Origin: Chara braunii | Taxonomy: Eukaryota > Plantae > Charophyceae | NCBI GenBank assembly: GCA_003427395.1 | Contig: BFEA01000015.1 | Span: 558,267-622,266 of the forward strand | Direction of reading: 5' to 3' | Length of the DNA stretch: 64,000 bases | Part shown: in pieces, positions 50,741 through 64,000 of the stretch | Layout: the number at the start of each line of letters is the position of its first letter | How positions within the stretch are numbered: the stretch's first letter is position 1 | The notes under the pieces: model-generated | The model's database searches: none | What the model saw: only the letters and a program-made list of their open reading frames with translations | What the model was told of the DNA's origin: nothing | Position numbers and translations under genes: made by a program

Positions 50741-50901
50741 AATTCCTTATTTTTCCCAACTTTTTATCATTGGATTGATTTCATTGTCGAACTGATTGAC
50801 ACCAGGTACTCATCTGATTCCACCGGGATTCGAACGCAGTTGTCTTTATCGACAGTTACATGGGTGTACCATTCTGTTCCGCCACGTGGACTTGGCAAGA
50901 C

Positions 50902-50946
<45 letters not shown>

Positions 50947-51111
50947 AAAGTTCTTCCTGATACTTCCCCCCCCCCACTAAAAGAAAAAAGAGCTTGGAAA
51001 AATCTTTTTTCTTTTTTTTTTGGAAAAATCTTGATCCGGGTTTAGAACATTACCATGATGTCAGAGTGACTCAGTGCGTACTCACACTAGTATCACTAAT
51101 CTTAAATGTAT

Positions 51112-51380
51112 ATGACCGCATTTATGGCCGGACTTGTATGCATCTGGCCCCAATTTCGTCCAGAGATAAGTGTATTCAAGTCAACTTGCAGTCTAAATGC
51201 AGCAATAATGGCTGAGCTTGTATACATCTGGCCGCAATTTCCTCCAGAGATAAGTGTATTCGGGTCAACTTTCAGTCTAAATGCAGCAATAATGGCCGAA
51301 CTTGTATGCATCTGACCGCAATTTCCTCCAGAGATAAGTATATTTGGGTCAACTGTCAGTCTACATGCAGCAATAATGAC
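51112..51380. repeat. 84-bp tandem repeat, ~3.2 copies
   Basis: atgcagcaataatg at 51197, 51281 and 51365. Confidence 0.88.
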
Positions 51381-51878
51381 CCCGGTTTCTATCGGGCCGA
51401 AGAAGTAGCCCAAATTGCGGTCAGGTACATCCAGGAAAACATATTGATAGGATAGCCTGCCCCACACAAAGATCACATTATTAGTGGATGTGAATCTTTT
51501 TGGTTGGAAAGAAGATCTTTCGTGTTTCTTTTTTTTTTTTTTTTTTTTTTAATCCAGAGAATCTGGATTGCAAAACGTTGAGGGCATACTCAAAGTAGAA
51601 ATTTCCTAAAATAAAAACAAAAAAAAAGAGGGTCTACTCACACTAGAAATTTCCTAAATGCATCTGACCGGAATTAGAGCCCTACCAAGATGCATCTGAT
51701 AGCAATCATGTCCAGAGCTCAGTAGAAAAACTCCGAAAATTTCCTCTTTTTTTTTTTTCCCTTTCTTTTTCAATAAAAAAGTCTGAAATGTACTTCAAAA
51801 GGATGCCATTTGTCAGCCAAGTTTCTTAATACCTATCCAAAAATTCCTAGTGTGAGTATGGCCTGAAAAGAGAAAAGG

Positions 51879-51997
51879 GTCCTTTGGGACATCCCTTACA
51901 AAGTTAAAATGGGAATGATGCAGAAAAGATTAGCATGGCCCTGTCGAAGGATGACAACACATAAATCAAGAAATCCTCCATTAAAAAAAAAAAAAAA
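51879..51997 (+). pseudogene. U6: U6 snRNA retrocopy, full length, diverged, poly(A)-tailed
   Basis: GTCCTTTGGGACATCC..AAAATGGGAATGATGCAGAAAAGATTAGCATGGCCCTGTCGAAGGATGACA..CATAAATCAAGAAAT followed by an A-run. Confidence 0.88.
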
Positions 51998-52855
51998 GAC
52001 TCTGCTGCTACTCGACGAGGGGTGGGGGACGATGAGAAAGGGAGACGCAGCTACTGGCAAAATGCTCGGTCTTTGCATTAGCCGGACCCCCACCGGCGGC
52101 CCCAACCCCCCGGGGGGCAACATGAATTTCCTCGTTTGCGAGGCCCTATGCTTTCAGGGGTCCCCTCTATATAGTCTTTAGGTAGGTAGGTAGTGTGAGG
52201 TGAATTTGAGAGAAGAATATAGCTTAAAAAAAAGAAAAAGAAAGAAAGGATAAGAAATAGCCACCAAGGAGACAGTCAGACTCAGCATAAGCATAATCTA
52301 CTCTCAGCATAATCAGATGATCTTTTTTTTTTTTTTTTTCCAAGGATAATCTTCTGCAGAGAAATTCCATTTGCTGAGAAGAAGATACTGTTTGCTTTCT
52401 TTGTTGCTTTTTTCACTTTTTTCTTTCAAAGGGCGCCGCCGCTGTGGCCTTGAGATATCACATTGAGCTTACCATCCCCATAATTAGATCCTTCTGTTCA
52501 TCTGATTGCAGCTGGATTCGAACTTGGGTCCATATCTCAACAGTTGACGGCCGTACCGGACCCCTCTCCGCCACACCCATTTGCCGTCGCTTAGATACTG
52601 TGTGACTGATTTGGGTGTGTGCGGCAAGTACCCCCGGCCCCAACCAAACACAAGTCTTTTCCTTTTTTTTGTGTTGGTTAAAAAAAAAAAAAGAAAAGGG
52701 GAAACAGTGGCTGTGACACACTTTTAGTTTGAAATAGTCAAGAAAAAAGACAAAGTGGCGCCCATGTCATGATGTGAGTTTCGAACCCCAGTGGCGCTTG
52801 GCAGATATAGGGGATCTCCTTTTTTGCTGCAATTCGGGAACTGAGAAAGTAAAAC

Positions 52856-52929
<74 letters not shown>

Positions 52930-53012
52930 GAAAAGAAAAAAGAGAAAGTAACTGTTGCCTATTCTGAACGTTGGGTGTTGGGTGTGACTCCAATGTACTT
53001 AGGGCCAGATCC

Positions 53013-53171
53013 CACTGGCAAAGAGGATTGGAATAAGTGTGTGAATCTGGACGTGTTCCACACAGATATGCAGAAAAGCAGATCAATCACAGTTTGATTG
53101 ATCTGCGTTTCTGCATATCTGTGTGGAACACGTCCAGATTCACACACTTATTCCAATCCTTTTTTCCAGTG
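53013..53171. mobile_element. Palindromic MITE or long hairpin; related TIRs at ~53641-53908
   Basis: ~75-bp arms with a 5-nt loop. Shared terminal gcaaagaggattgga and internal gaaa.gcagatcaatcac. Confidence 0.8.
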
Positions 53172-53282
53172 CCACTGGATCTCAGTAGTTATGGATCTAT
53201 ACATCCGGCCCTTAGAAAGCCCTCCTCCGCGCAAGCACAGCTTCAAACCAGCGACCTTGGCCTCAAGAGCCGAGTCTCTTAA

Positions 53283-53422
53283 ACCACCAGTACTTGGGCG
53301 ACGCCTTAGCGTTAACGCTACGCGATTTCCGCGGCCGGCGGGCCGTCAATAAATAGAATAGACAGCCCTCACTGCTTTGAGATTTGGGCGGGCGCGGCGC
53401 ACAGTGCCCAAGTACTGGTGGT
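53283..53422. mobile_element. TTAA-flanked MITE inserted in a tRNA-like sequence
   Basis: TTAA-ACCACCAGTACTTGGGC...GCCCAAGTACTGGTGGT-TTAA. Confidence 0.85.
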
Positions 53423-55068
53423 TTAACCACTACAGCCAGGACACAGTGTTCGAAAGTGGAATCGTACAGGTCCTGATATCCACCCCGGCCCTGCAAGGCT
53501 GTAGTGTCCAACTCAATACGCACATCACACTACACCACAGGGACACGGCAGCTCCCCCGTATACTGTTCTGCTTTTGTCTTGTCGGCTTCGAAGACTTCT
53601 GCAATTTCTAGCTTCTTGCTCGAGAAGCAAGGTCTGACTAGCAAAGAGGATTGGATTAGGCATCTGAATCTGGATGTCTTTTATGCAGAGATGGAGGCAG
53701 AGATGGAGGAAGCAGATCATCCCCCTAACTGAATGGCTGATTGCTGTCAAATGTCTAGTATCCAACCTCCATAACCTGTACTTCATACTAGGAGGGGGGG
53801 AGGAGGGGGGGGGAGGGGGGAAGGAAAGCAGATCAATCACCATTTTCTGCACCTCTCCACAAACACATTGGATTCCCAGATTCAGGCGTGAAATCCAATC
53901 CTCTTTGCCGGGGAGACCTCACCCCTGTTCTCTCTGTTTTTCGGAATAACGGCATGTTTTGAAACCACAAAGGCGAAAAAAAATAAACACGCCGGCACGC
54001 GCCAACTCGAAATGAGCAATTTCGGTCCAAAAGTATCGGTTGGGCATTGTCTTTTCCTTTTGTTTCCCCCTCTGACACCACGGCCTACCCCTGGAAATAT
54101 GACCCCCAGTCTGACACCACGGGCGTCACGACTTCCGTTGCCTTTTCGAACTCCACGTGTTTTTTTTTTTTTTTTTTTTTTTTTTTCAAAAGCGCAGCCC
54201 GAGGGTGTTGTAGAGGCCAAGGACCAGACCCGCGGTGATTGGCGGTGGCGGCAGCCAATGGTTGTCCTGGGAGGATAGGCGACCTACCCTACCCATCCCC
54301 ACGTTAATGCTCCCAGTGCACCCCCTGCCTCTACTATCCTACCTCAGTGTGACCAGCGCTCAGGACCATCACCCTACCAGTATTGAGGGCAACTTGGACC
54401 AGACAGCAGTGACAAGCACCAAGGCTGGGCCAACCTCCCAGCCCTGATGGAAGCGGAAGCGGACGAACCTTGCCGTATGGGAACCTCGGACGCCAGGCTC
54501 ATCCAATCTTCTACATGCCCAATTCAGAGAGTCTACCCAGCAGGATTACCTAAGCAAGGCAGGCCAGCACCCGCGGACACATCCTACCATCCTTCCCCTA
54601 GCTTACCCAAGGCTAGCGGAGCTCAGACTAGCCGGAGGGACTTATATCCCTACCCCTACCCTAGAGCTAAGACATGCATGAGTAGACCCCGTCATATACC
54701 TGGTAGACCCCCCCAGCCCAGTATCGTAATTTGTGTGTGTGTGTATGCCCAGAGGATATGTATGTTTTGTAGGAGCCCATAGGGCCACGTGTTTTTGTAT
54801 CTGCCCGAAGGCTCTCTGTGCTCTGTGTGCCTATATAGCGAGATGTATGTGCCCGAAGCCCAGATACGTGCAGTCTACGTGTGCTCTGTGTAACTGTATA
54901 GCGAGATGTATGTGCCCGAAGGCCAGATATGTTCAGTGCTATGTAGAGGGAACAATGTGTTCGTTTGAAGAGATGACAGGCCAAGCTGGACAAGAACCCC
55001 CCTCAAAGTCCCCAGCCAGACTCGAACCCGTGATCTATGACATGTGACCTGAAAACTCTACCATTTAA

Positions 55069-55219
55069 ACCACCAGTACTTGGCCCAGCTATAGGCCGCG
55101 GAAAAAAATAGAGTAGAAACGTTTCTAGTTGGATGAATTTGGGCGCTCCAGTAGTGGCCCGTATGTTTCCTAAAATTGGGTAGCGTTAACGCTACGCGAC
55201 TTTAGGAAGTACTGGTGGT
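55069..55219. mobile_element. TTAA-flanked MITE, same family, inserted in a tRNA-like sequence
   Basis: TTAA-ACCACCAGTACTT...AAGTACTGGTGGT-TTAA, shared core tagcgttaacgctacgcga. Confidence 0.85.
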
Positions 55220-55457
55220 TTAAGCAACAATCGCAAACGGCCCCTGTGTGTGATATGCCAGACTGGGGAGATCAACAGAACAACAAAAGCCACAGCCACA
55301 AGCAACCCACGCAGTATCAAGACCCGACATACAACACCATGGACAACCCTTGGGTGGTGCACAGGCAGTGTCTGTATAAGCTTACGGTGCGTCAGTCCAA
55401 GGGAATGTGTGTCCAGCTGTGCCTCATTCTAACGCCCTGCCGGTGTCCATGCACAAG

Positions 55458-55537
55458 GCTGCAATAGAGTTTTGAACCCGCAACCTCATACCACAACGCG
55501 CATTTCCAACCGGTGCTCTCACCACTGAGCTACATCA
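55458..55537 (-). repeat. tRNA-like sequence
   Basis: Reverse complement GATGTAGCTCAGTGGTGAGAGCA...GCGGGTTCAAAAC (A and B boxes). Confidence 0.6.
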
Positions 55538-58500
55538 ACTGGACAATCCCGACATGTGTTTTTTTTTCCCATTTGATACTCAAAGTTGACATGAATGTAC
55601 TGTAACATGCCTCTTTTTTTGGGGGGGGAATCACCTTGTTAGTTTGAAATAGGCAAGAAAAGACAAAGTGGCACCGATGTCATCATTTGAGTTTCAGAAT
55701 GTGCAAGTTTAGTGGAGGGGGGGTTGAAACGGTGGCCGTTTTTTTGAAGTGGTGGGAACATTGGGAATGCGGATTTAGCAGCGGCTTTTTTTGCCCGGGC
55801 CTGTTTCGAGAACTGCTAATTTAGTTGCCTAATACAAACGCTAGGTGTGACCGAGGAGCTGTTGAACCTTCCTTTTTTTTGGGGGGCGGGAGGGGGGGAA
55901 GGAACAAAAGTCTCTTTATCTGACAGTTAGGCAAAACTGTAGGAAAGAGTAAGGTCGGGATCTCACAGATATGCGGATGGAAAAGCCGCCGGCCATGAAA
56001 TGCGGGCAAACAATATTGGGAAAAGAAATCGTCGGCAAGTTGGGACCCCACAGCGAACCACAGCGAAGGAAGTTTTGCGGCGAAATGAGGGCTGTTGTTT
56101 CGGTGATAGGGAAGGTCTATCGCCATGGCCCGAAAAGGAAAGTATTGGCGTGTCCGAGTGATCGGTTATGGATGGTAGGAACTACTGAGCACCGGAAGCA
56201 GGCGACATCGGGGGACTTCATCATTCTTTTGGCTTTTCGTGCTTGTTTCGTCTTGTCTCTTCACATGATTACAGGTTTCGGCCTGTCTGCTTGTGTTGCA
56301 TTGATTGTATACTATCACTGCAACCACCACGTACGAACCGGCTGGGGGATGTTCACCCTGACCGTGTGACTATACCCCTTCTCTCTATCCTTGCTATCCT
56401 ACTCTCCGTTCGTCATTACTTCATCATTATTCTGTCTGTGCCGCGGATAATTGCGCTCGGGGGACTTCATCATTCTTTCGTCTTTTCAAGGTTGTTTCAT
56501 CTTGTCTCTTTGCATGATTACAGGTTTCGGCCTGTCTGGTTGTGTTGCCTTGATTGTATACTATCACTGCGACATCGGGTGGCACACTTGGGACCCGTGC
56601 GATGGGGCAAACATGAGAAGGCTGGTGGGGCTGCGCCTTGGGGAGGACCCACTACCGGCCACGAAACCGTTGGCTCGTGCGCAGCAGCTGTCCAACTGTT
56701 TTGTATTTTTGTTTGCCTGTCTGCGTGCCCCGCAGAGCCTTCTTCATTGCACACGTACAGCTTCCATCATGTGCCCGTTCCACATGTAGTTCTTTACCGC
56801 ATCACAGATTGCCGGAGGGTGCTCGCCAACAGTGCAAGCACCATCATTTGCGGTCTGCAGAAGGATGAGGTGTGGACCATCAGACATGGTGGACGGATTT
56901 GAAAACGGCTGGTCCCGCTGTGCCTGTTTGTTTGTGTCCCATTCAGGAGGGACTGCCTTGAGATGCCATCGTCCTCGCGTGCGACAGAAGGCACAGAATG
57001 CCTGGGTGTTTCAGGAACAGGAATGGAACCATGGGCGGACACTGGCAAAGCCGAGTGAGGGACGCGACCTTGAAAAATTTCGAGATGCCCCACCCCCCTA
57101 CCATCTGCAATGGGCACATTGTCAAAATTACGGCAAGGAATCCTCCCGACAGACTTTTCCAGGCCGTGGACAATGTGAGTCTCAGAACGGAAAGATGTGT
57201 TCTCCCGGGCCACGAACTTCGGTAAGAGGGGTACCCAGAAAAGAGTTTGCAGAAGAAATTTCACCTTATCCAGGAAGTCTGCCGCGAGTTGTGGGGCCCC
57301 AGAAACAGTTTTGCGGCGAAGTTTTTTCCATCCGCATTTCTGTGGGGTCCAGGCCTAAGAGAAGGAAACGGTGGACAGAAAATAAGTTCCATTTAAGAAA
57401 AGGAGACCAGGAGTTATGAACTTACTTGGTAAGCTGGGGACCTGGGGCCTCGCTGCACTACTCTTTCTTTTTCTTTTTTTTACCACACGCGCTCCATCTA
57501 TTGGTGGGGAGCAGCACCTGCTGGAAACCGGGTCCAGCGTCCCATAGATACAACCATATCCTCTCAAATTGGCACGAGCTGGGAACCGGGCCCAGCGTCC
57601 CTTGAGTACGTTCAGAAAAACCATCAGAAAATTTCATGACAATGAAATGAGGGGTATACTGAGGCTACTTCAGAGCTTTTTTGTAAGGAACATTCAGAGA
57701 TAAACAGAAACCAGAAGAAGACTCGGGAATCCACCAACAGTCCTCCTCACCCCACTCCGGCAAGACTTACTGCAGCAAACTCTTGACTCGTGAAAATTTG
57801 CAAGAGTGCGGCACGAGTTGTCAGAGTCCTAAAAACACCTGTAGACCGATGCTGCACTCTTGCTTGGCTCTTGATACACGTTCAGTGCTCTTGAAGCCGT
57901 ACACAACAGCGACAGCCTTGTTCGTCCACCCAGACTCCAGACCCGCTCATGAAAATCCTCACCATTTCAAGCGACCATTGGACCACACTAGCAAAAATGG
58001 TCGTTGCAGGTATGCAAGAGTGCTCTAGGTGATGTCTACTCACGGCTTCCTGACAGCTCTTGAAAGGCATTTTCATGAGCCACAATCACGAGCGAGTGCA
58101 GTGATGGCTACTCTTGACTTTTTCAAGAGTTACATCCTGACAGCTCTTGAAGCATTTTCTGACAGCCCAACTCTAGAGTAAGTGCAGCGGTGTGGAGCTC
58201 TTGAAAATGTGTGTTTCAAGAGTAGCACAGCGAGGCCCCTAGTGTTGTGCTACACACAAAAAGAAAAGGCTAGGAACCATGGTAACGCCGGCCCGGACAC
58301 CGAAACAGTCCAAACGTCCGGCCAGACCTGTGTCTGGACTGCTCCAGACCGTCTGGGTTGGGAAAAAAAGTTGTTTTAAAAATAAAAATAAAAACGTTTT
58401 ATTGTTTTTCCTTGGATTTGGCTATGACTTTTGTGATGGTCCTCAGCCAAAAGATTTTTGTATTGCAATGCTGCATAACATATCTCTTTTTCAGATTCTT

Positions 58501-58690
58501 TTGATTTTTTTTTTGAAAGTAGGATTTTCTCTTTTGGTGGGGGTGGGGGGATGGGTCCACCAGACCCAGATCTTCTGCACTACGGTCTAGACGTCCGGAT
58601 CATCACCATGCTAGGAACCTGGCAGCAGTTCTTTTTTTTTTTTTTTTTTTTCGAATCATCGCGTGGCAAACCTTCTTTTCTCTTTTTTTT

Positions 58691-61314
58691 GGACACGGTG
58701 ATGTCTGTCTGTCAAGGAATGCAGTATATTAATAGAACTGAACAGAATGTGGGAGTACTACTTCTCGATTTCGAAAAAGCATACGATCGAGTAAATTGGG
58801 ATTTCCTTTTTTTACTATTACAAAGACTCAATTTTGGTCCTCGTTTCATTACATGTGTCAAAGCCTTGTTCATAGGAGCGACAACAATTTTGCTGATTAA
58901 TGGCAAGTTGTCTGACCCAGTAACTTTGTCCCGGTCTGTACGTCAAGGGTGTCCCCTGGCCCCCTACCTCTATATAATTTATATAGAAGCTTTGCATTCA
59001 ATGTTGCGAGCTGATTTACGAGTTACAGGTCTACGATACCCGCTTCAACAAGAAGCCAAAGGCCAAGCCTTCGCTGATGACACCTCCTTATTTCTTTTGC
59101 TACAAGACTCTGTTTTTTCGGCCTTAAAAGACGTGATTGATTCTTTTTCTGAAGTATCTGAAGCACGAGTTAATTGGCAAAAAACAGTTCTCCTTGTGCC
59201 CTCACATTGTCAACCACCGATACATTGGGGAATCCAATGTTTATCTTCGGACATACCATCCAGATTGTTGGGTTTTTATGTTTCCTTTGATGGACACATT
59301 GGCCAAACGACCCATGACCTTCTTCAAAAAGTCAATAGCACATTTCTAACATGGACTCGTTCGAAAGGGGTGTCTCTGATTGGACGTGTGCTTACCTTGA
59401 ATAATGCTATCTTCTCCAAAATCTGGTATGAGCATGCCATATCACCACTGTCGCCTGCGGTCTATAAACAAATAAAAAAATCAGCTGCTAATTATATCTG
59501 GAAAGAAAAAACAGGAGAGCGACACTTCATATCCAAGGTATCATGGAGAAAAATAATACAGAAAAGAAGTCAAGGGGGTCTGGGTGTGCTGGATCCGGAC
59601 ATTCAGATCCGAACCCTTCTCACCAAGTGGCCTATTCGGCTCCTTTTCGCAGACGGACAAGCTACATGGAAAGCGCTTGCCTACTGTTTACTAGCACGAG
59701 ACTTCGGTTTCTCCTCTAACCCGGATATAATGATATTAGCTCTTTTCACTGACGAATATTGCAGAAAGCGAGCAATCTCACCAATATGGAGAAACATTTT
59801 ACAGGTTTGGAGGACTGCTCTTCCTAGCAAAATTGCACCAGTCCATAGCAATGATAGGATATTAACACAACTGATTTTTAATAACCCCTACACCCTCTTA
59901 GAAAATCTTCCTTTTCCCATTTATGGTCCATCTGCATTTGGCCACTCCTGGATGGCGCGAGGGGTTGCCACTTTAGCACATCTGTGGGATTCCCCCGCAA
60001 AGAATTGGAAGACACATAGAGCAATGTCAGAGCAACTGCGCGGACTGTGGAATTGGAGGCATCATCTGGATCTCATACATATAGCTCTGCCACCAGAGTA
60101 GGAACAAGTGTTGCAACAGGAACGTTATCTACCGGGTACTTGGCTCAAGGACAACTCAGAGATCAGGCCAACCAGACTGTGGAGACTATAACATCAAACA
60201 TCCCCGACTCAATGGGAGATGACAAGCTGGAAAGCTAATGATGGATATACAGGTCTTGGATCATTTTTGCACAGATCAACTGTGGCTCCAATTATTTCGG
60301 GATTGCAGGGTTTGGTTGCTGTTTGCGTACTGGAAGACATTCAAAGAGCACATACCACTTATCGATCATTCTGTCTAGAAACACCTGCTCAGGATCTGTT
60401 TCTAGATCCTCGAGACTGGTACTGGGATAACCCCAAGCAACCTGGAACTATTGTCCCATTATTGCGACATACTGCTCGTTTTGCCTATTCACTACTGCAA
60501 CCGACTTGTGATATTGATTGGGAGATTACAAGAATATGGTCAACTAGGGGTTATGCTATTATTCCGGACAGACTGAAAGCTTTTTGTAAGATGTTGCCTA
60601 CTCTGATGGTGACGAAGCATGCTGGACTTCTCTGGTCAATCATGCATAATGCTGTCCCCACAGCGAAGATGTTATTCCGTAGACGACGGACAGGTTTGCC
60701 TTTCTGCACAGCATGTCCGTCTATACACATAGTGGAAGATCAATGCCATCTTTGGCAAAGTTGCCTCATTGTGCAACCAGTTTGGCAGCATTGTCAAGAA
60801 CATTGTATTTTTCCGAAGGAGTGGGGTGTGACATGGACCTCAAAAGTCATTTTATTTGGCTCTGTCATCCTTTGTCTTACCAAACCTAGAACGTACGTTT
60901 TTGAATCAGTTCGAGCAGCTATACTTTGGCAACTTTGGAAGCAGCGTAATGCAGTGGTTCGAAATGGGGACTGTCCTTCTCTACTGCAACTTCTTAGTAA
61001 GCTTAGACGCTTTTTGTGACATATAATTTTTTTAGATTGGAAGAAACGTGTCAACAGTGTGCAAGGCTCTAGAGCTGGAGTACAATGGTTCAGAAACTAT
61101 TGGGCGTCTTGTCCCAGCCTGGTATCTATTGATGGCTGTACAGGGGACATTTCCTTTGGTCCTTTTTTGTTACAGTAGATGTTTCACAGGGGACGGGCTC
61201 GGCTTCCTGGATGAAGTGGTGACCTCGCCGCCCCTGAGGTCACAGATTGTATGTTAATGTTTTTCTGCCTTGGGCACTGGGCCCTAATTGATGATTAAAA
61301 AAAAAAAAAAAAAA
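58691..61314 (+). mobile_element. 5'-truncated L1/Tx1-like LINE (RT + zf-RVT) with poly(A)
   Basis: LDFEKAYD, VRQGCPLAP, FADD, GGLG, in-frame stop at 60099, CTAC..EDQCHLWQSC, 3' end gccttgggcactgggccc plus A-run. Confidence 0.93.
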
Positions 61315-61536
61315 GAATACTATCTGGATTGAGGCATTACCTGAGTGATGGCTCCTCTCTATTGGTGGGTAGCTGCACCTGCTGGAAACCGGGTCCACCA
61401 TCCCATTAACAAATATAGCAATAACAATGGAAAATAAAACATCACAAGTGACCTGAAGGTATTTCCAGGTCCCTTTTTTTTTTTTTTTTTTGTAACAATG
61501 CTCCAATCTATTCCTGGGGTCCATCATCCCAACCTT

Positions 61537-61569
<33 letters not shown>

Positions 61570-62719
61570 GCCTGTGCAAAACCTCTATCCCAGTGGTGGT
61601 AAGAGAACCACCGGGATTGAGGCTTTGTCTGGTGGGCCGCTCCATCTATTGGTGGGGAGCCTCACCTGCTGGAAACCGGGTCCAGCGTCCCTTAGATACA
61701 TCTTTCTCTTTTCCACCATTGAGTCTGACACCACAGTGCTAGAAACCGGGTCCAGCGTCCCATGTCCAGATTATGACATCTTTTCCTGCCTTGAGGTGTG
61801 GTCGGGTGTGGGGGGGGGCCACCGGGGGGCACCGGTGGAGACTCCCTCCGAAACCCAGCCGTACCCACCATGTACTGTCCTCGTGGTGCCGGTAAAATGA
61901 GGAGATAAAATGGAGGGAAAATGAGGAGTAAAATGAGAAGTACATGAGAAGTAAAAAAACTGGAAAGGACTAAGAAAATCTTGCAGGAGTATAAATATGA
62001 ATAGTTCCTTACAAAAATGTACATAACAATTTGAGATACCAGGGCTGTTACCCGGCTTCGGCTCAGAACAACAGGGATATTGACTGCGCTTGCGCTACCG
62101 CCCCGCAGCAGACCAACCGGCATGGCCCGGTTGTCCCTGACTCGACTGGCACCCGGGGAGGAGGGCCCCGTGGTTGCTAGGCCTGCGTACGTGGCCAATA
62201 GGACACGGGGCGCTCTCGATTGCCACGTGGCACCTATTGTTTGGTGTCGTGGAGGCACCATGACGCACAAGCAGGGGCAGCGACGGCCATGAGATTGCAT
62301 CAAGTACCTTGCAAAAGAAGCGGCGTAGTCTGTTCAACCAGCTATGGCTTCACCCGGAGAGTTGCATCATGGAGCAGCGGCGTGGTTATGTACTCTGGAA
62401 AGGGGCCGGCGGAGCCTGCAACTGATCATGGGTGAGCTGTCTCTCCAAAAGCAGCAGGGGATGGAGGTTGACCGGGGGACGATTTCACTGCCCGTCTGGC
62501 TGGCTGGTAGGCGCCAGGACATGCTGGCGATCATCTGGGAGCTGGAAGAGGGGCCAACTTCTCAGCTCGATCCATCATTGATTGGAGCCAGGCGGATGAG
62601 CTGCTGTATGTCTGGTATACCCTCTTCGAAGAGGGTGTCGCCCTCCGTACAGAGTTGGAGGACAACATTGGTTACCTTGGCGGCACCTGCATCATTGACG
62701 ACAACTATAACACCGCCAC

Positions 62720-62950
62720 CAACAGCAATAACAACAACAACAACAACAACAACAATAATACCGACAACTTTGGTGGTTGTGAGGACTGCACCGAGTGCAC
62801 TCACGAAGGTAAGACTGGTGGACGTGAGGACAACATCGGAGGCACGAGCGGCACCAGGATCATTGGGGAGGATAACAACACCGATCGCCCCAACATCGAT
62901 AACAGCGACAACGACAACAACAACAACAACAACAACAACAATAACAATAC
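62720..62950. repeat. (AAC)n microsatellites
   Basis: Direct read. Confidence 0.9.
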
Positions 62951-64000
62951 TCCTATGCTCTCTCCCCGCGTGGCGCAAACGGAGTTGTCGGCCCCCCTTG
63001 CTCGCCTTTCTGCTGGGAGGGGAGGAGGTTACATCCTGTTTAATGGCTCAAGTACAGGAGGGTTTCCCTGCACCCTGCCTTCCTTCGATGATGTGGCTGA
63101 TGCTAATGAGTTTGGTACAGGTACGCGTTTGGGGTCTGCTGGGATTTGTCTCTCCTGGGGCAAACAAGGGTCTCGTATTGATGATGGCTGGAAGGACTCC
63201 ATATCATCGACAGCCTTACTCACCAAGGTGGTGGGGATGGAGCCATTAGGTATTGGGTAAGCAGGAATGGATAGCGGAGGAAGGGTGATTGAGATTTGCG
63301 AGTTGGGGAGCTCTTTTCTGTCCTCCTTATCCGGTAATTCCACTATTTCGCTGTCCCCTTCTGTCGATAGCCGTCGATTTTTCATCACAGAATCACACAG
63401 ATAACCCATGCTCTTCCAGGTTGATCGACAATGCTGACATACTTAGTACAAGAGCGGTGATGTGGGTTTGTTAGGAAGTTCTCACTTCCTCCACCTTATG
63501 CAATGATTGGTACCATGAGGTATGGAGGTACGGGGGGTGTGGATCTACTCGTTTTTCTCCATCCCACATCAAAACATAGTTGCTAAATTGCTAATAAGAT
63601 CATTCTACTCTAGCTATCAGCGCTCCCCCCTTTCATGGTGGTAGTGTTAAATCTGCGAAATGGGAGACGCGATTTAGGCTAACTTTTTAGGGTTTGTGAC
63701 GGAATGTTGATCTCATTCGACCCCCTTTGCCCTGCTACAACTTCTCTCTTCTGCTGGTGTTGAAGGGTTCCAACTTAGGGTTGTCAGCTGGGGGCCCCCG
63801 GGGGCAAAGCCGGGGTAGGGGTTTGACCCCTGGACCCCCGCCGCGGGGGTGCCCCACCCCCGCCCCTCCCAAAACACCCCCGCTGGTGCCCCGCCCCCCG
63901 CACCAAAAAAAAAAAAATTAAAAAAAAAAAAAAGAAAAAAAAAAAAGGGACGAAACAAACAGAGAAAAGGCCAAGCAGCTTCTGTGCCTAGCGACTCAGA

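Noticed and set aside
51112-51380. 84-bp repeats as a CRISPR array or zinc-finger array
   Set aside because: No unique spacers, no C2H2 pattern in any listed frame, and a eukaryotic context.
54440-54480. Hammerhead-like ctgatgga..gacgaac
   Set aside because: The core deviates from CUGANGA/GAAA and no consistent stems I and III are present.
56243-57419. 195-219 aa ORFs
   Set aside because: They overlap a local duplication, lack motifs, and are probably repeat-derived.

Overview
Eukaryotic, repeat-saturated scaffold segment with no recognisable host gene, several N-gaps and one Nextera adapter artefact. The plant-type U6 sequence and the retroelement families suggest a streptophyte alga such as Chara; this is inference. 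The window holds two 5'-truncated L1/Tx1-like LINEs, a decayed chromovirus-type Ty3/gypsy element, poly(A)-tailed U6 retrocopies, tRNA-like and stem-loop SINE-like repeats, and hAT, TTAA and foldback MITEs. A three-level nest occupies about 33-51 kb. A minus-strand Penelope-like element (PLE) is interrupted (9-bp TSD) by an apparently full-length plus-strand PLE with an upstream coiled-coil/SAP-like ORF, an N-terminal GIY-YIG domain, RT and a hammerhead ribozyme in each terminal repeat. That PLE is in turn interrupted (4-bp TSD) by a gag-PR-RT-RNaseH retroelement. This innermost element is the most unusual object here. It has no integrase, carries an unknown ORF in its place, and has permuted termini (A1-PBS-ORFs-B-tt-A2-B) with an internal palindromic CGTCACA-TT-TGTGACG junction, as expected if it integrated from a circular cDNA. 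All coordinates and alignments were read by eye; no searches were run.
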